Source: Eledone cirrhosa
Taxonomy: Eukaryota
Assembly: GCA_964016885.1 (NCBI GenBank)
Contig: OZ024742.1
Location: 42,718,001-42,782,000 of the forward strand
Length of the DNA stretch: 64,000 bases
Direction of reading: 5' to 3'
In this document: positions 43,309 through 55,830 of the stretch, piece after piece
How positions within the stretch are numbered: the first letter of the stretch is position 1
Layout: each line of letters starts with the position of its first letter
Made by a program: the position numbers and the translations under genes
Notes under the pieces: generated by a model
What the model was told of the DNA's origin: nothing
Seen by the model: the letters and a program-made list of their open reading frames with translations, nothing else
The model's database searches: none

Positions 43309-43749
43309 TGTGTGAATATATATATATATATATATATAGGTTTTTAGAATCCAATATCAATAAATAGACCAGGATTTTTTCATTCTGATGATCGAAAGCA
43401 AAATTTTTTGCTTTTAAGAAACCACTGGTAAATGGAATAATTGCCTTATGTTGTTTATTACATAACTAAATATATATATACATATATATATATATATGTA
43501 CTAAAGTGGGTTAACACGACACCGCAAAGGGTGGTATGACATTTCCTGGTTTGATGAGCCACCAAGCAACATCAACACGTTTTTACCAATGTTTTTTTTT
43601 TTTTCTAAGTGGTCGTACTTGGACACTAGTTGGCTTCCATTATCCCGCCGAGGTTGACTTTGCCTTTCATCCTTACGGGATCGATGAAATAAAGTATCAG
43701 TAATACACTTGGATAATTGCTGGCCTTGTGCCGAAAGTAGAAACAATTA

Positions 43750-43792
<43 letters not shown>

Positions 43793-43894
43793 AGGTAAAT
43801 ATCTCTCTGGGTACTAAGTACGCATAAAGATATATAGGGTGTCTATAATATAATTGTTCGATGATACTAATTTGAAATACCAGAACTATAAAAC

Positions 43895-44131
43895 TTGAGA
43901 TGAGCAGAACAAACAAACATTAAACAATTCCTTAAAAAAATTAAAAAATGATCCTATAGAGTGGTAATAGCTATCTGATGAACTTTACTTTTCCGTTAGA
44001 AATTCTCTGAATTTAGAATTTCTAATCTTTTGTAAAGAGAAACCGCCGGTAATAGCATTATGAACAGGTAGATATTTAAATCATTTTTTAAGGGGATTGT
44101 TTAATGTTTGTTTGTTCTGCTCATCTCAATT
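43895..44131 (+). mobile_element. Penelope-like/retrozyme-like module: hammerhead flanked by ~45-bp inverted repeats
   Basis: TTGAGATGAGCAGAACAAACAAACATTAAACAATTCCTTAAAAAA ... TTTTTTAAGGGGATTGTTTAATGTTTGTTTGTTCTGCTCATCTCAA. Confidence 0.75.
43966..44060 (+). ncRNA. Type I hammerhead ribozyme with extended stem II
   Basis: GCUAU-CUGAUGA-aCUUUAC...UUAGAAAUUCU(loop)AGAAUUUCUAA...GUAAAGa-GAAA-CC gcc GG-UA-AUAGC. Predicted cleavage after 44051; 10.1/11.1 is A-A (non-canonical). Confidence 0.8.
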
Positions 44132-44539
44132 ATATATATATATGTATGTATATATATATTTACAAGTGAAGCGCTACCTAGGTTTCAAGATCCAGTTATG
44201 ACCCACCTCCGTAGACTGCACGTGTAGGAGTGATCGAAACTGTGACCTCAGTTATCGGGAGCTAGTACGAGTTTTCTGCATATTCATTGTTCTGTCTCGG
44301 TAACAATCTCAGTCTAACCACATCTCATGTTGCACATGTTCTCTCTTATAACACATTGTGTATCACCCCATTCCCCTTCGGGTTATTTTAATAGGTGTAC
44401 TAGTTTGTGTGTGTGTAAGGTCTCGTTTGCTAGCGGTAGCAGCAATATCACTTACTGTCGCGAACGTTACAATAGATCGAGTTGCCTGGCCTGGCCTTCA
44501 TTTTTTATTAGTCTTATTTTTATTAATAAAAAATATGAC

Positions 44540-44616
44540 AAGATGTTCCCCCCCAAAAATGTATGCACACTTCAACAGCATTCTAATAAATGTGTATACC
44601 TTTTTGGGGGACACCG

Positions 44617-44618
<2 letters not shown>
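44540..44618. mobile_element. ~78-bp micro-MITE, diverged
   Basis: Same internal CTTCAACAGCATTCTAAT core and TIRs as 43231-43308. Confidence 0.75.
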
Positions 44619-44668
<50 letters not shown>

Positions 44669-47159
44669 GTGTGTGTGTAAATGGACCTTATTTGTAACTC
44701 AAAAGATCATATTAAGGGTACATGTCTAGAATGCTCAGCCACTTAAATGTCAATTCTACGAGCAGGCTGTTTGGTTGATCTAACTAAATATAAATATGTG
44801 CAGGTTTGGAGAAACACATTTCAGTATATGAGCTGTGTGTATTGAATTTATGTGAACACAACGGCTTCAGTGTACGTTGAAGCTGTTAACTTTGTTAGCA
44901 TAAATTAAAAATTCCTAACTAGCTCGACGGTTCTAAAAATAGATTGATTTTACAGACACATAATCGTCATTTTAACGTTCGTTTTCTATGCCGGCATGAG
45001 TTGGATGAAGTATGTAAGAATATGACGGAAGGCACAGTGGTAGCTACACTTACACATATATTAACCGATAACCAGGTCAGATCAGGGAGCCAGTATCCAT
45101 TATAAGCATTTAACATAAAACAAAATAAAATGCTTTTTTGTCCCATTAATTTAGGAAAGGGAAACAATTAATATTTAAAATCCCGTATAGCTGGAGTAAC
45201 TTTTATTTTAAACCAAGTGAAGGGATTTCCCACCACCCACTTCTTTCTCTTTTTTGTATTGATATATTTGAAGCCTGTACAAAAATGAAACTTTTTCGAT
45301 GCTGAAATTTAGTGCCGCTAAGCTAAGAGTAAGGAAAAAATTTATGCAACGTCACACTCAATGGAGCTGGACGAAATAAAGCTACAAGCAATCTAAATAG
45401 CTTGCAGGTCAATATTTTTTCGTACGTAAATTAATAGATATTTAAAACGAAAGGGCTTAGTAAAAAATTGAAAATTAATTAAATAAATTCGAGCTGTATG
45501 AAATAAAATATTACAGCTACTCTTCACTTAACCACCAGGTTCCGTTCCTCCGCTCTGGTCGTAAAACCAGGTTCTAGTTCAATAAAACGTAGGAAAAAAA
45601 CGTAATAAGGAATTTGTTAGATAAATGATATACAAAAATACGTAATATAAAAAAAATTGCAATTCCAAAAGTATATTATGTATGGTCGTTAAATGAGGAG
45701 CGACTGCATATGACTGGATTACAGAATATTCTAATCTTTACACGTGAGTCTATAAATACATTTCATAGAGAAATGTAGACACACGTACGTATATATTACT
45801 ATAGTTTCGATGATGTTAATGCTATTTGCTTGTTAATCCTACTCCTACCTCTCTCCTTTACTACACTCTCCCTCTCCCATCTCCGTAATTACATTTTACT
45901 TCTACTCCTCTCTTTCTCTGATTCAGTATTTTCTGTCGGTCATTGCCATTAAGTATTATTACACTACTACTAATCTCACTTCTAGCGCTATCTCTCTCTT
46001 CCCAGTAGTCTCTTTATATCTCGCATTAAAATAGTCAACAAACCATGTTAAGGGAAAAGGCATGTACTTCACAGCTCCTCTTTTCTCTTTATTTCCTTCT
46101 AAGTCGGAGATTGCTTGTTAGACACGACTACTACTACTAAGTCATTGTTGGCTAGTCAACCAACATGGTTGCTTATAAAACTATTTTTAACTATACCCAT
46201 GTCTGTTGCACTGTCAACGAATATTCACCCCCCCCCCCCCCTCCCCCACAAGCCCTGCTGGATTTTTTATCAACCACAATGATCTCTTCCTTGAATTGGT
46301 GCTTATGTATTCTTTTTTTCTATATTTCCAATGAAAGGTATTGCCTGGATAGATTTAGTAATACACTTAATCATTAAATCATAGAACAAGGTAGTTTGGC
46401 ATAAAAATACTTGAGAGAAAACTACTGGATAGAACACCAATGTGGGGGCCACTGGTTGATTGGCTTGCTTGAAATAGCAGAGAAATCTCCATCAAATCAT
46501 ACCCTATAATTTATATATAAATTAACGATTTTATTTAATATTTACAATTTGCACGTAGGCAGATTTCTCTGGAAATAGGGTTGGGGGTGCTGAGGGTATT
46601 ATGTGGCTGTAAGGGGCCTCCAAGTGTTTGAGAACCTCTGGTCTATGGTGTTGGGTCCTCCATTGGTTTCAATCATAAGCACTGTTGTTCAATCTGATGC
46701 TAATTAAAACGTTTTAATTAAAATTTCCTTGAACATAGTAGTTGCTCATATGGTTGAAGAGTATCTTGGGAATAGAATTTGGTAGATGGAAACTGCAGAA
46801 GTCTGTCATATACATGTCATCGTTTTTGCGTCCAGTTTTCCATGCTGACATATATATACGCAGAGCGAATTGTAGGAAGTGACATAATGCATACAGACAT
46901 ATTATAAGGGCGCAACGTTATATGTAGTGGATTGGCAGTATCGGTAGAGGGTCGGATGTCATGTTTTGACGCATAGTTACGGCCCTTTCCATTTTGAGTT
47001 CAAATCCCGCCGAGGTCAACTTTGCCTTTCATCCTTACGGGGTCGATAAAATAAAGTACCAGTAATGTACTGGGTAATTGCTGGCCTTGTGCCAAAAGTA
47101 GAAACAGTTATATGTAAGTATCTATCTAAAAAGCGAAAGACTAAGAATTATAGAGAGAG

Positions 47160-47340
47160 ATCGCTAAATCGCCTAATGCAGTCCCTAGGGCATTGGAAAT
47201 TTGAAATTTTCTTTGCTTAGATAACTCCCTGAAACATAAGTATTACATGTGTAAAGTTTGAAAACAGTCGGTTGGGTGCTTCTCTAGTTTTAGGGATTCA
47301 AACTCACACAGACAGACATCCTCAGTTTTATATATATAGA
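47160..47340 (-). mobile_element. Non-autonomous Helitron 5' end
   Basis: Minus strand A|TCTATATATATAAAACTGAGGATGTCTGTCTGTGTG: TC start after A, typical of a Helitron terminus. A similar end may lie at ~1990. Confidence 0.55.
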
Positions 47341-50300
47341 TAACATGCTGGTTCAGCAAAGAAAGATTGTTAAAATAAGTACTGGAGTTGATATAAACCA
47401 AAAAAATCCTTTTACTGCAGTGCCCAGCATGACCACAGTCTAATGACTTAAATCAGTAAAAGAGTAAAAGAAGGAATATTTGTTTTAGCTATGTTAGTGT
47501 ATAGATATAGTTAACATATTATCTAACATGTCCAGATTACAGTTTGTTTGCACTCCGGCAAATTGGTTATTTTCTATGAAAGCTGTCACTTTTCATGTAA
47601 AAAGTTGTGTTTTGAGTGTTGTAGATTACTTTTATTGGCACATTCAGCTCCAATTGCTCTTTCATAACATTAATTTCACAGCAACATATGGTGAAGTGAA
47701 ATGGTGTTGGTTGGTGTTGGGCTTCATCTAGAGAAGGAAGGAAAATGCTATATCACTTTGTGTTTATGCCCATATATCATCAACATTGCTGTTTTGCATG
47801 TTTTTCCATGCTTGTATATGTCACACTGTTGCAGAGCCCATTGTAAGCGTGCTTGTTGTTAGGGCTTTAAGATGAGCTTTCGTTTTGCCATGTGACGGGT
47901 TATAGACAGCTATGGACTTTGCTGTGATTTCCACACCAGTTTGTTGGACAAATTGTTGCTACAATAAATGGCTGACAATGGTAGGTTGGGCTAGTGACAT
48001 TCCTACCAGCTGTCTACCCTCTTTTGTGGGAAAAAATTGTATTCAGTGAGGAAGTGCCGTTACACAAATTCCTGTTCTAGGAGGTATGTATGTAGGGAAC
48101 ATACAGGCACAATTCAAGCTGTTGGTTCTTCTGTAGTGATTTGAGAAACCTGAGGCCAACAGTTTGTATGTCTACAACAAATGCATGACACTTTAAACAG
48201 TGATCAGTGTGTGAGACTGTTAAAAAGGAGCTCTGCTGCTAGTCTTCAATGGATGGCAGCAATTACATTCTAGCAGAAAAATACAAGTTGTCACGTCTCT
48301 AGATTAACATGTGAGTAGTTTCATACAGAACGCCATTGTAATTGAATGGACAAAGTTCAAATAGTCTGATTGAAAACTTGTAGTCTTGCTTCTAAAGTAT
48401 GCTTGAACAATATGCAGTTACAGACTGGTAATGAGGTTATGGAATGAAATGCCTAAGGATTTTATGGCAAATTAGGTCAATTTGATTCCTAATTAACTTT
48501 AAGAGGGACCCTATATATACTTTAAAAAATCGTATTTCTGTTTTTTGAAAATGAGAGGTGCCTAGTTTCCCAGATGTGTATACTAACCCTTTTTGTACCA
48601 AGCTGCCAGATACTAGCCCTGCTTCTATGATATAAACCTGTTTATTTTAGATACCAGATTAATAAGTTACTAAATGCTTCCAAAAGGGTTAATAATCCTG
48701 CCATTAATTAGTAATTATTATTGTTAATCTATGACTATTATTCATCCAGTTTATAAATTAATTTATTCACCAGTTGAATGGATTTCACACTAGCTGTAAT
48801 AATTAAAATGTTTAAACATTTCCCCCTCTCCCGAAATAACTAGAGGTTATCTTTCATATTTCTGTTTTTATTTATTTTTGATTAAGAAGTACGCTTCGCA
48901 AGCACGCAGTTTGGGGTTCAGTTCCACTGTGTGACACCTTAGGCAAAGTGTCTGTTACTATAGCCACAAACTGTCTAATTTGGTTAATTACAAAAGCCCA
49001 TTCTGTGTGTGTGTTTCATTATTTAGTGGTTTAATAAAAAAGAGATTGAGAAATAAGTTCTAAGGTCAGACTAAATGATGCTTAAGCATGACCTCAGTTT
49101 AATGACTGAAAACAGTAAAAGAATATATTTTTCTCCTAATTACTCTCAGTAGAACATATACATACTACCAATTAGTAAATGTTGTTCCAGTAGTAGTAGT
49201 AACTGATATATAACAATATATATCCTTGTACATGCGTCTGTATTCTACCTGGCACAAGCTGGACAAATTGTCACTGTCCAACATTGTTTCTATGACTGGA
49301 TGCTCCTCTCAGTACCAGACACTTTACAGGGAGTGTACTGGGTGACTTTGTGGCACCTGCACTACCACTTTACTGAGTGTGCTTGGTGTATTTCATCACA
49401 ACACTAGAATCTACATACACACCTACCTACATATATATAGGGTCTGTTTTTTTTTTTTCAGTGTTTGATTCTATTGTGTATACATTCAATATTTGTTTTT
49501 TTTTGTGTTCTTTCTATTAAGAAATTGTATTTTTTCCCTCATTTAAAATGAATGACTGACTTAATTTAAAAAAAAAAAGCAACTGGTGTATGTTGTGCTG
49601 ATATAATTACTGCAGCTACATATTCTAAGTTGATTTAAAATTCTCTACCAGGGAGGTGTTTACAGTCTGTCAGCCCTACCACAGCAGTGAACCTGTTGTC
49701 GTTACTACCACCACCACCCCTATCATCTCCGCAGCTCTGTGGGAGCATCTTTCTTCATCTTCATCTTTGTTTCAACTTCGGCAATGACTGGTATCTGGTA
49801 GTTTTGACCTGCATCTTTTGTTTCAACTTGGCTACATTGGGGAAGTCAAGACCACTGTCGCAGACGAGATAAACAAACAAAAAAACAAAGTCTCTTTTCA
49901 TCTGGCATCGATATACTTTTTTTTCTTTCTTTTCTCTTTTTTCTCTTTTTCTACTTTTTTCTTTTTTTTTAAAACTTGGTATCAACATGGCAGGTGTTCC
50001 ATCAGCAGCAGCAACATCAACCACTCTCATCACAACAACAACATCAATAGCAACAACCACAACCACCACCACCACCACCCACTTTCTGTTATGGATGTTT
50101 TAGTGTTGGGTTTAGCGTAACATCACCACAGCCACCATCATCACTGTTACTACTACTACTACTACTACTACTACAGCCACCATCATCACTGTTACTACTA
50201 CTACTTCTACTACTACTTCTACTACTGCTGTTGTTATTGCCAATACAACAGGCATCTACTACAACTGCAACTACTGCTACAGCTACAGAGCCAGCATCAG

Positions 50301-50570
50301 CACCACCCCCATTGCATCTCCATAGCACTGTGGAACTCTCCAATTATTGAGTCAATATTGCTTAAGCGGTGTCAACATATGGCTTGCTTTTGCTTGTGGA
50401 GGGGTGAGCCACAAGCAGCCAGGTAGTTCAGCGATGGTGGGGAGGAGGAGGTAAGATGTCCACAACACCACCACCACCACTGCCATCACCACCATCAACA
50501 ACAACAGCAGCAGCAACAACCAACAACAACAAAGCTCCCCCACCCTCTAAATGCTTGAGCAGAGTTGAAT

Positions 50571-50760
50571 GGGCTTAGTCATCATCATCAATATTAACAT
50601 CATCAACAACAACGGGCTTAGTCTTCATCATCAACAACAATAACATCATCAGCATAACATTATCAACAACAGCAACAGCAGGAATGGGGCTTAGTCAACA
50701 TCAACAGCAGCAACAACGGGCTTAGTCATCATCATCATCAACAACAACAACTACAACAGC
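50571..50760 (+). repeat. Four GGGCTTAGTC-(ATC/AAC)n modules
   Basis: GGGCTTAGTC at 50571, 50614, 50687 and 50718. Confidence 0.9.
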
Positions 50761-51079
50761 AATCATCAGTGCTTCCCTCTTAAGTTGCACCCGTCTGTAG
50801 CAAGTTTTTCATCCCAACATCTCCTCTATTGTGGTCAGCACAGTTCCTTCATCGGCCTGTCTCAGGTTTCTTATCAGCTCAGTTGCCCCCTTAACTCCTC
50901 ACGTGTAGACAGCGTCATGCCTGTAAAAGATTTTTGCCAAGACTCTTTCATTCATAAGCATGTGTAGTATATATAAACACACGAACAAACACACATACAC
51001 ACACACGTGTGTGTGTGTACACTTGAGTCTTGTTTGGTGTGTGGACTGGACTGTATGCTGTGTTGCATACGCGGCTACC

Positions 51080-51298
51080 TCTGCAAACATCGGTTCAACA
51101 AGCTTCAACCGGCTGGCAGCATTGCCAATCTTCGAAGTGAGTCCTTGTCCTTTGTTTCCTAGTGGACAGAGTACCCTAGTCTTCTGCAAACATCGGTTCT
51201 ACAAGCTTCAACCGGCTGGCAGCATTGTCAATCTTCAAAGTGAGTCCTCATCTTCCTTCATCAGGTCCTTTGTTTCCTAGTGGACAGTGTGCCCTAGT
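51080..51298 (+). repeat. Tandem duplication of ~100 bp
   Basis: CTGCAAACATCGGTTC.ACAAGCTTCAACCGGCTGGCAGCATTG.CAATCTTC.AAGTGAGTCCT...TTTGTTTCCTAGTGGACAG.GT.CCCTAGT occurs twice. Confidence 0.92.
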
Positions 51299-54200
51299 TC
51301 CCACCTGCTATGCATTGGTTTCTTCTACTACTAGTGTTACTTCAGCCATCAAGTTCTCCATTTTAAGGGGCAACTTTCAGGTAAGATAAGATTTTGTTTA
51401 TCTCTATAATTCGATCTATCCACCTACATACCTGTCTATCTATCTATTTATCACTACATGTCTGTTTGCCAATATCTATCTATCTATCTATCCATCCATC
51501 CATTTTAAGATGCCTTATTCTAATTTCTTTAAATTAACATACTGTATGAAAATTTTCAAAATTGAAATTTTATTTTATTTACTTATTTTATATTTTTCCC
51601 ATTTTAATTGAAACTTTATTTTAATTCTGTATATTTCTGTCCTCGCTCCTCTTATATTTAGGGTTAGGGATGTTATTGCTGCTTTGGGACTATTGTCTTT
51701 TTAACCCTTTTGATACCAAACCACTTAAAACTGCCTCTGTTTTTGATATAAAATTACTTGTTTTAAACTGTTCATATTTATATCAAAATCTTCCAGCATA
51801 ATTGTTTGTAAAAACGTTTTAAGCAGTTACAAACATAAGTTTGATAATGAAATAGTTATTTTATTAAATTCTTCCAAATTCTCGATTGTCTTCAAAATTA
51901 AATGAAACATTAGTATCTTTCATTAGAAATATGACTATAAAAGTGTGAACAAAGATACAAGACAATATCAGTAACAACATTCAATGATCCTGACTTTGTT
52001 CATCATTTTACATCTGCTTTCCATGCTGGCATGGGTTAGACAAATAGCTATTATCCATGACTAGATAGGTCAGAGACCTTATCTTGTTCATGTGTTCCAT
52101 ACTTGGCATGGTTTCTATGGTTGGATGCTCTTTCTATTGATAATCACCTTACAGAGTCTACTGGATGCATGTTTTCATGGCACCAGCACTAGAGAGGTTG
52201 TCATTTGCTTGGCCAGAATGGAGAGTTCTCTCTACTTTTTCTCCAATTCAATCACCGACCACTTTACAGTGTACTTGTTGCATTAACACTAGAAAGGTTG
52301 TCCTATATTTATTTTTTGTATTATGGTTTTCAAATATTGCTAGATATAGTCCCTTGTCCTTTTACAAGCTGCTTGCTTGATTGATATATCTTTGTTTGGC
52401 ATTCTATCCAGCAAGTGTTTTAATCTCTCTCTATGTGTGTGTAATGTATGTATATAAAATGGTGCCTGGATTTGCACCTGGAAAATTCCTCTCCAAGGTG
52501 CAAGCCCGAGCAAAGGGTCTTGTGGAAGACCCAGTTGCACTGATATTAGATGTTGGGAAAGGGAAAGGCCGATACAGCTTGGCACCAGTGCTGTCACAAA
52601 CAAGTTCTACCTCATATAGTGTACATATGATGTTCAAGGTAAAGGCACTGGCCGATACACCTTGGCACCAATGTTGCTGCAAGCGAATTATTCCTTCCTC
52701 CATGGTTTGGACAAAATCTTTGCTGGCCAGACACCCTTCCTGACATCAACCCATACATGTATGTATAAAATTATATTGGAAGATTTTAATTTAAATTGGA
52801 ACCTTTTAAAATGGGTGGTTTTGTTTCATAGAACCAGAGCTAGTTTTGACTTGGTTTCTACAGTGGAACTCCCCTTCTTAATGTCACCCAGTATGACTAC
52901 CTTATAGGGGGGACTGGGTGCTTTTTGCTGTGGCATCAGCACCGAGGTGGCATTAATACGAATGCGAAGTGTATCATACCACTGGGAGAGGAAGTTTGTG
53001 TCGTGGAGGGGGCCTTGAAGAGAGTTGTGTCAGGTGGTATATTGTGAGGTGTAGCTGGATGTTCACACTGACATGGGTTAATTGCTGGCAAGCTTATTAA
53101 TCATACTATAATGCTAATGTGAAGGTTAATGGCTAAGTTGTTGGTTCAATTGCAAATTTTTTGGGTCAAATCCCAGGCTGGTTGGCACATTGTCTTTGAA
53201 CAAGATATTTCATTTCACATTGCTCCATTTCTCCACTCAGCTGAAAATGAGTACCAGTAGAAGCTGGGGGTTAACTATGCAATGGACTGGTTTCCACTGC
53301 AGGTAGAAGTCATGTATTCTGTCACTTAGCACCACATCAGACTGGCCTGATGAGCCTCTTGGGCAAAGAAAGACTTCAATACAGTTGTTGCAGCTCATAC
53401 TTATGCAGGTTTAGCTGGTTCTCTACGATGTTGCATAGGAGGTTTTTTTAATATGGGCTGCAGTACTATATTTAAAAGAATATATATATAAGAATGACAT
53501 GACTTGCTCAAGAGAATGTCACCCAATCCAAGAATTGAACCCAGGAATTTTAAGATTGAGTACAACGCCCTAACCACAGCCTTCAAAGCAGTGCTTACCA
53601 GCTGTGAAATATGAATCAAAATCTGTATTTGTCTGTCTGTCCTGTGTACAAGCCTGAGTGTTCATATTTGCTTATATAATAATGATGCTGATGATAATCA
53701 CGACACCCCTTTACACACATTCACCTACAAAATGTACACATTGTCAACATACAAGCTCCAGCAGAGAATCTCTCCTTCTCTCTGCTGTCTAGCTAACTAA
53801 CGGGTGATGGGGCGCCTTGTAGGGTAGGAGTACAGCTGGTGGGTTTGGGTCTGGTGTAAAGATATATCTCTGTCAACAAGTTATGAATAGCTCACTGTCT
53901 GTCGTTCACCAGAAATATGTTATTACATAGTCTTGTATGCTGTTGATTAATGCTACAGAGAGGAGGAGGAGGTTGGGGTATAGTCACTAGCTTAACTTTG
54001 TTGTGCTTTCCTATGGCTTAAACACACACACACACACTCATATAGGTTTGATTGTGCAAATAGGAGAAAAAAAATTCAATACATGGGTAGAGTGATGTAT
54101 GATATGATACAGCAGCCAAGCTATAGTAATGAGCCTACTGTGTTTGAAAATATGTATTAATCATAAAATCACTGGCCCATGAGCCCCTAGTATAGCTTTG

Positions 54201-55172
54201 CAGGTGTGTGTGTGTTTCAAAATTACAGACCTTAGCAAAGTCATTTGATTATAACTTAGGCTCATCTATGAAAATAAAAAAAACGTACTATCTGTAAAGG
54301 CAAATTACAAGCTTAACCCTTTCATTAATTAATGAAGAATTTCGAGAGATTTACTAAAATTATTAACTACTACATTAAGTAAGATAGTAACTTAATGTAA
54401 GGTTCTTATAGAAAATTGTTGAAAGATTATTTATATGTATGTATATATATTCGGTCTCCAAGTGTACTTACCCAATTTATTCAATTATAATGGTAGTATA
54501 GCATTAACAAGTATATTTTTGAATATACCAATGCTTCCTAAGCTAACCTATATATACACACACAAACATACACTAAATAATTGTGTCTACTTTTGGCACA
54601 AGGCCAGCAATTACCCAGTGTATTACTGGTGCTTTATTTTATCGACCCCATAAGGATGAAAGGCAAAGTTAACCTCGGCGGGATTTAATGCCTGCTTGAA
54701 AAACACATTATGCAGTGTTTGGCTTGGCTCCTGCTCCTACATGCATATCCTACATATATACTAACTCCCATATACACATTTATACAGTCTCTACATGTAC
54801 ATCTTTATATCCTCTATCGTTGTTAGTTGATGTGCAACCTTTAAATTTATATATAAAATTCACGCTGGGAAACATTTGTTACTCTCCTCTCCACTCTTTC
54901 TCTTTTTCTCTCCTGTAATTAGTGTCACCTCCATTTTGTGAACTTTGTTAAAATTTGAGAGAGAGAGTGTTATTCGAGAAGTTACTTGCTTGTGCTTTAG
55001 AATGTGCAATGTGTTGGTGGGAGCACTGGAACCTGGAACAATGTTCATAACTACCTTTTTTAGAGTTCCTAACTTTGTCATAGATGCCAGGTGGAGAGAA
55101 AGAGGGGTGACTCCATCTTATTTAATTAATCTCAACTGTTACTTAGACTTTTGTTGGTTGTTAGGTGTACTG

Positions 55173-55299
55173 TAGTTGTGGTTTAGCCTGTGGTCAGTTT
55201 AGCTGAAACACAGTTGTGGTTTAGCCTGTGGTCAGTTTAGCTGAAACGCAGTTGTGGTTTAGCCTGTGGTTAGTCTAGATGAAACATAATTGTGGTTTT
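55173..55299. repeat. 38-bp minisatellite, ~3.3 copies
   Basis: AGTTGTGGTTTAGCCTGTGGTCAGTTTAGCTGAAACAC repeated contiguously. Confidence 0.9.
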
Positions 55300-55549
55300 G
55301 AAAAAAAAATGCCCAGGCACATGAGCCATTCCTTTAGTATAAACATTGAGGTGAATAGTTGAAGACACAATCAAGTCAGATTTTATACCTCATCCTTGCA
55401 TATATAGTTTTTGCCGTTGGAGTTGTGACTGGTTGACAATATCTGTGTCAGATGTCTGTGAGTACCATGCATAGGTGGCCCTGACACTTGCTGACAGAGA
55501 TCAAACCAATTAAAATTTAGTGTAGATGTTTATATTGTAAGTAAAGGTA

Positions 55550-55830
55550 TGTTTGGTTAGATATTCAGCTCACAATCATAAGGCTGAGTTTTGATCCCTG
55601 TAAACACATTGTCTCCTTGAGCAAGACAACTTATTTCATATTGTTCCAGGCTGGAAAAAATGAACTGTACATTCAAAGAGCCAACCTTGTTGCATAGTGC
55701 CATGCTGAATCTCCCTGAGATGTACATTATGCATGCATATCTGGAATGCCTAGCCACTTGCATGTTAATTTCACAAGCAAGGTGTTGATCGAATCAGCTG
55801 GAATAATCATTAGGACCAAGGGATATTCAA
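55550..55830 (+). mobile_element. SINE family D (tRNA head, CORE-like block, ...AGCCACTTGCATGTTAATTTCAC tail)
   Basis: Related parts at 9470-9665, 10365-10480 and 44710-44785. Confidence 0.65.

Larger units (their letters stand above)
49652..51380 (+). other. Large exon-like, apparently non-coding block rich in CATC/CAAC/CTTC motifs
   Basis: Acceptor TTCTAAG..TTCTCTACCAG ending at 49651; donors GAG|GTAAGA at 50451 and CAG|GTAAGA at 51381; no long ORF; composition differs from the flanks. Confidence 0.35.

Noticed and set aside
43385-43420. CTGATGA-TC-GAAA with paired stem III
   Set aside because: Stem II is absent and stem I unpaired; kept only as a relic, not called as a ribozyme.
51658-51669. 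TTAGGG x2 telomeric repeat
   Set aside because: Only two units; expected by chance.
53345-53380. CTGATGAGCC...GGC..GAAA hammerhead-like string
   Set aside because: GAAA is offset from stem II and stems I/III do not form; it lies in a SINE tail.
55173-55299. CRISPR-like 38-bp repeats (also 41305-41497 and 50571-50760)
   Set aside because: Repeats are contiguous or have low-complexity spacers, there are no cas genes, and the context is eukaryotic.
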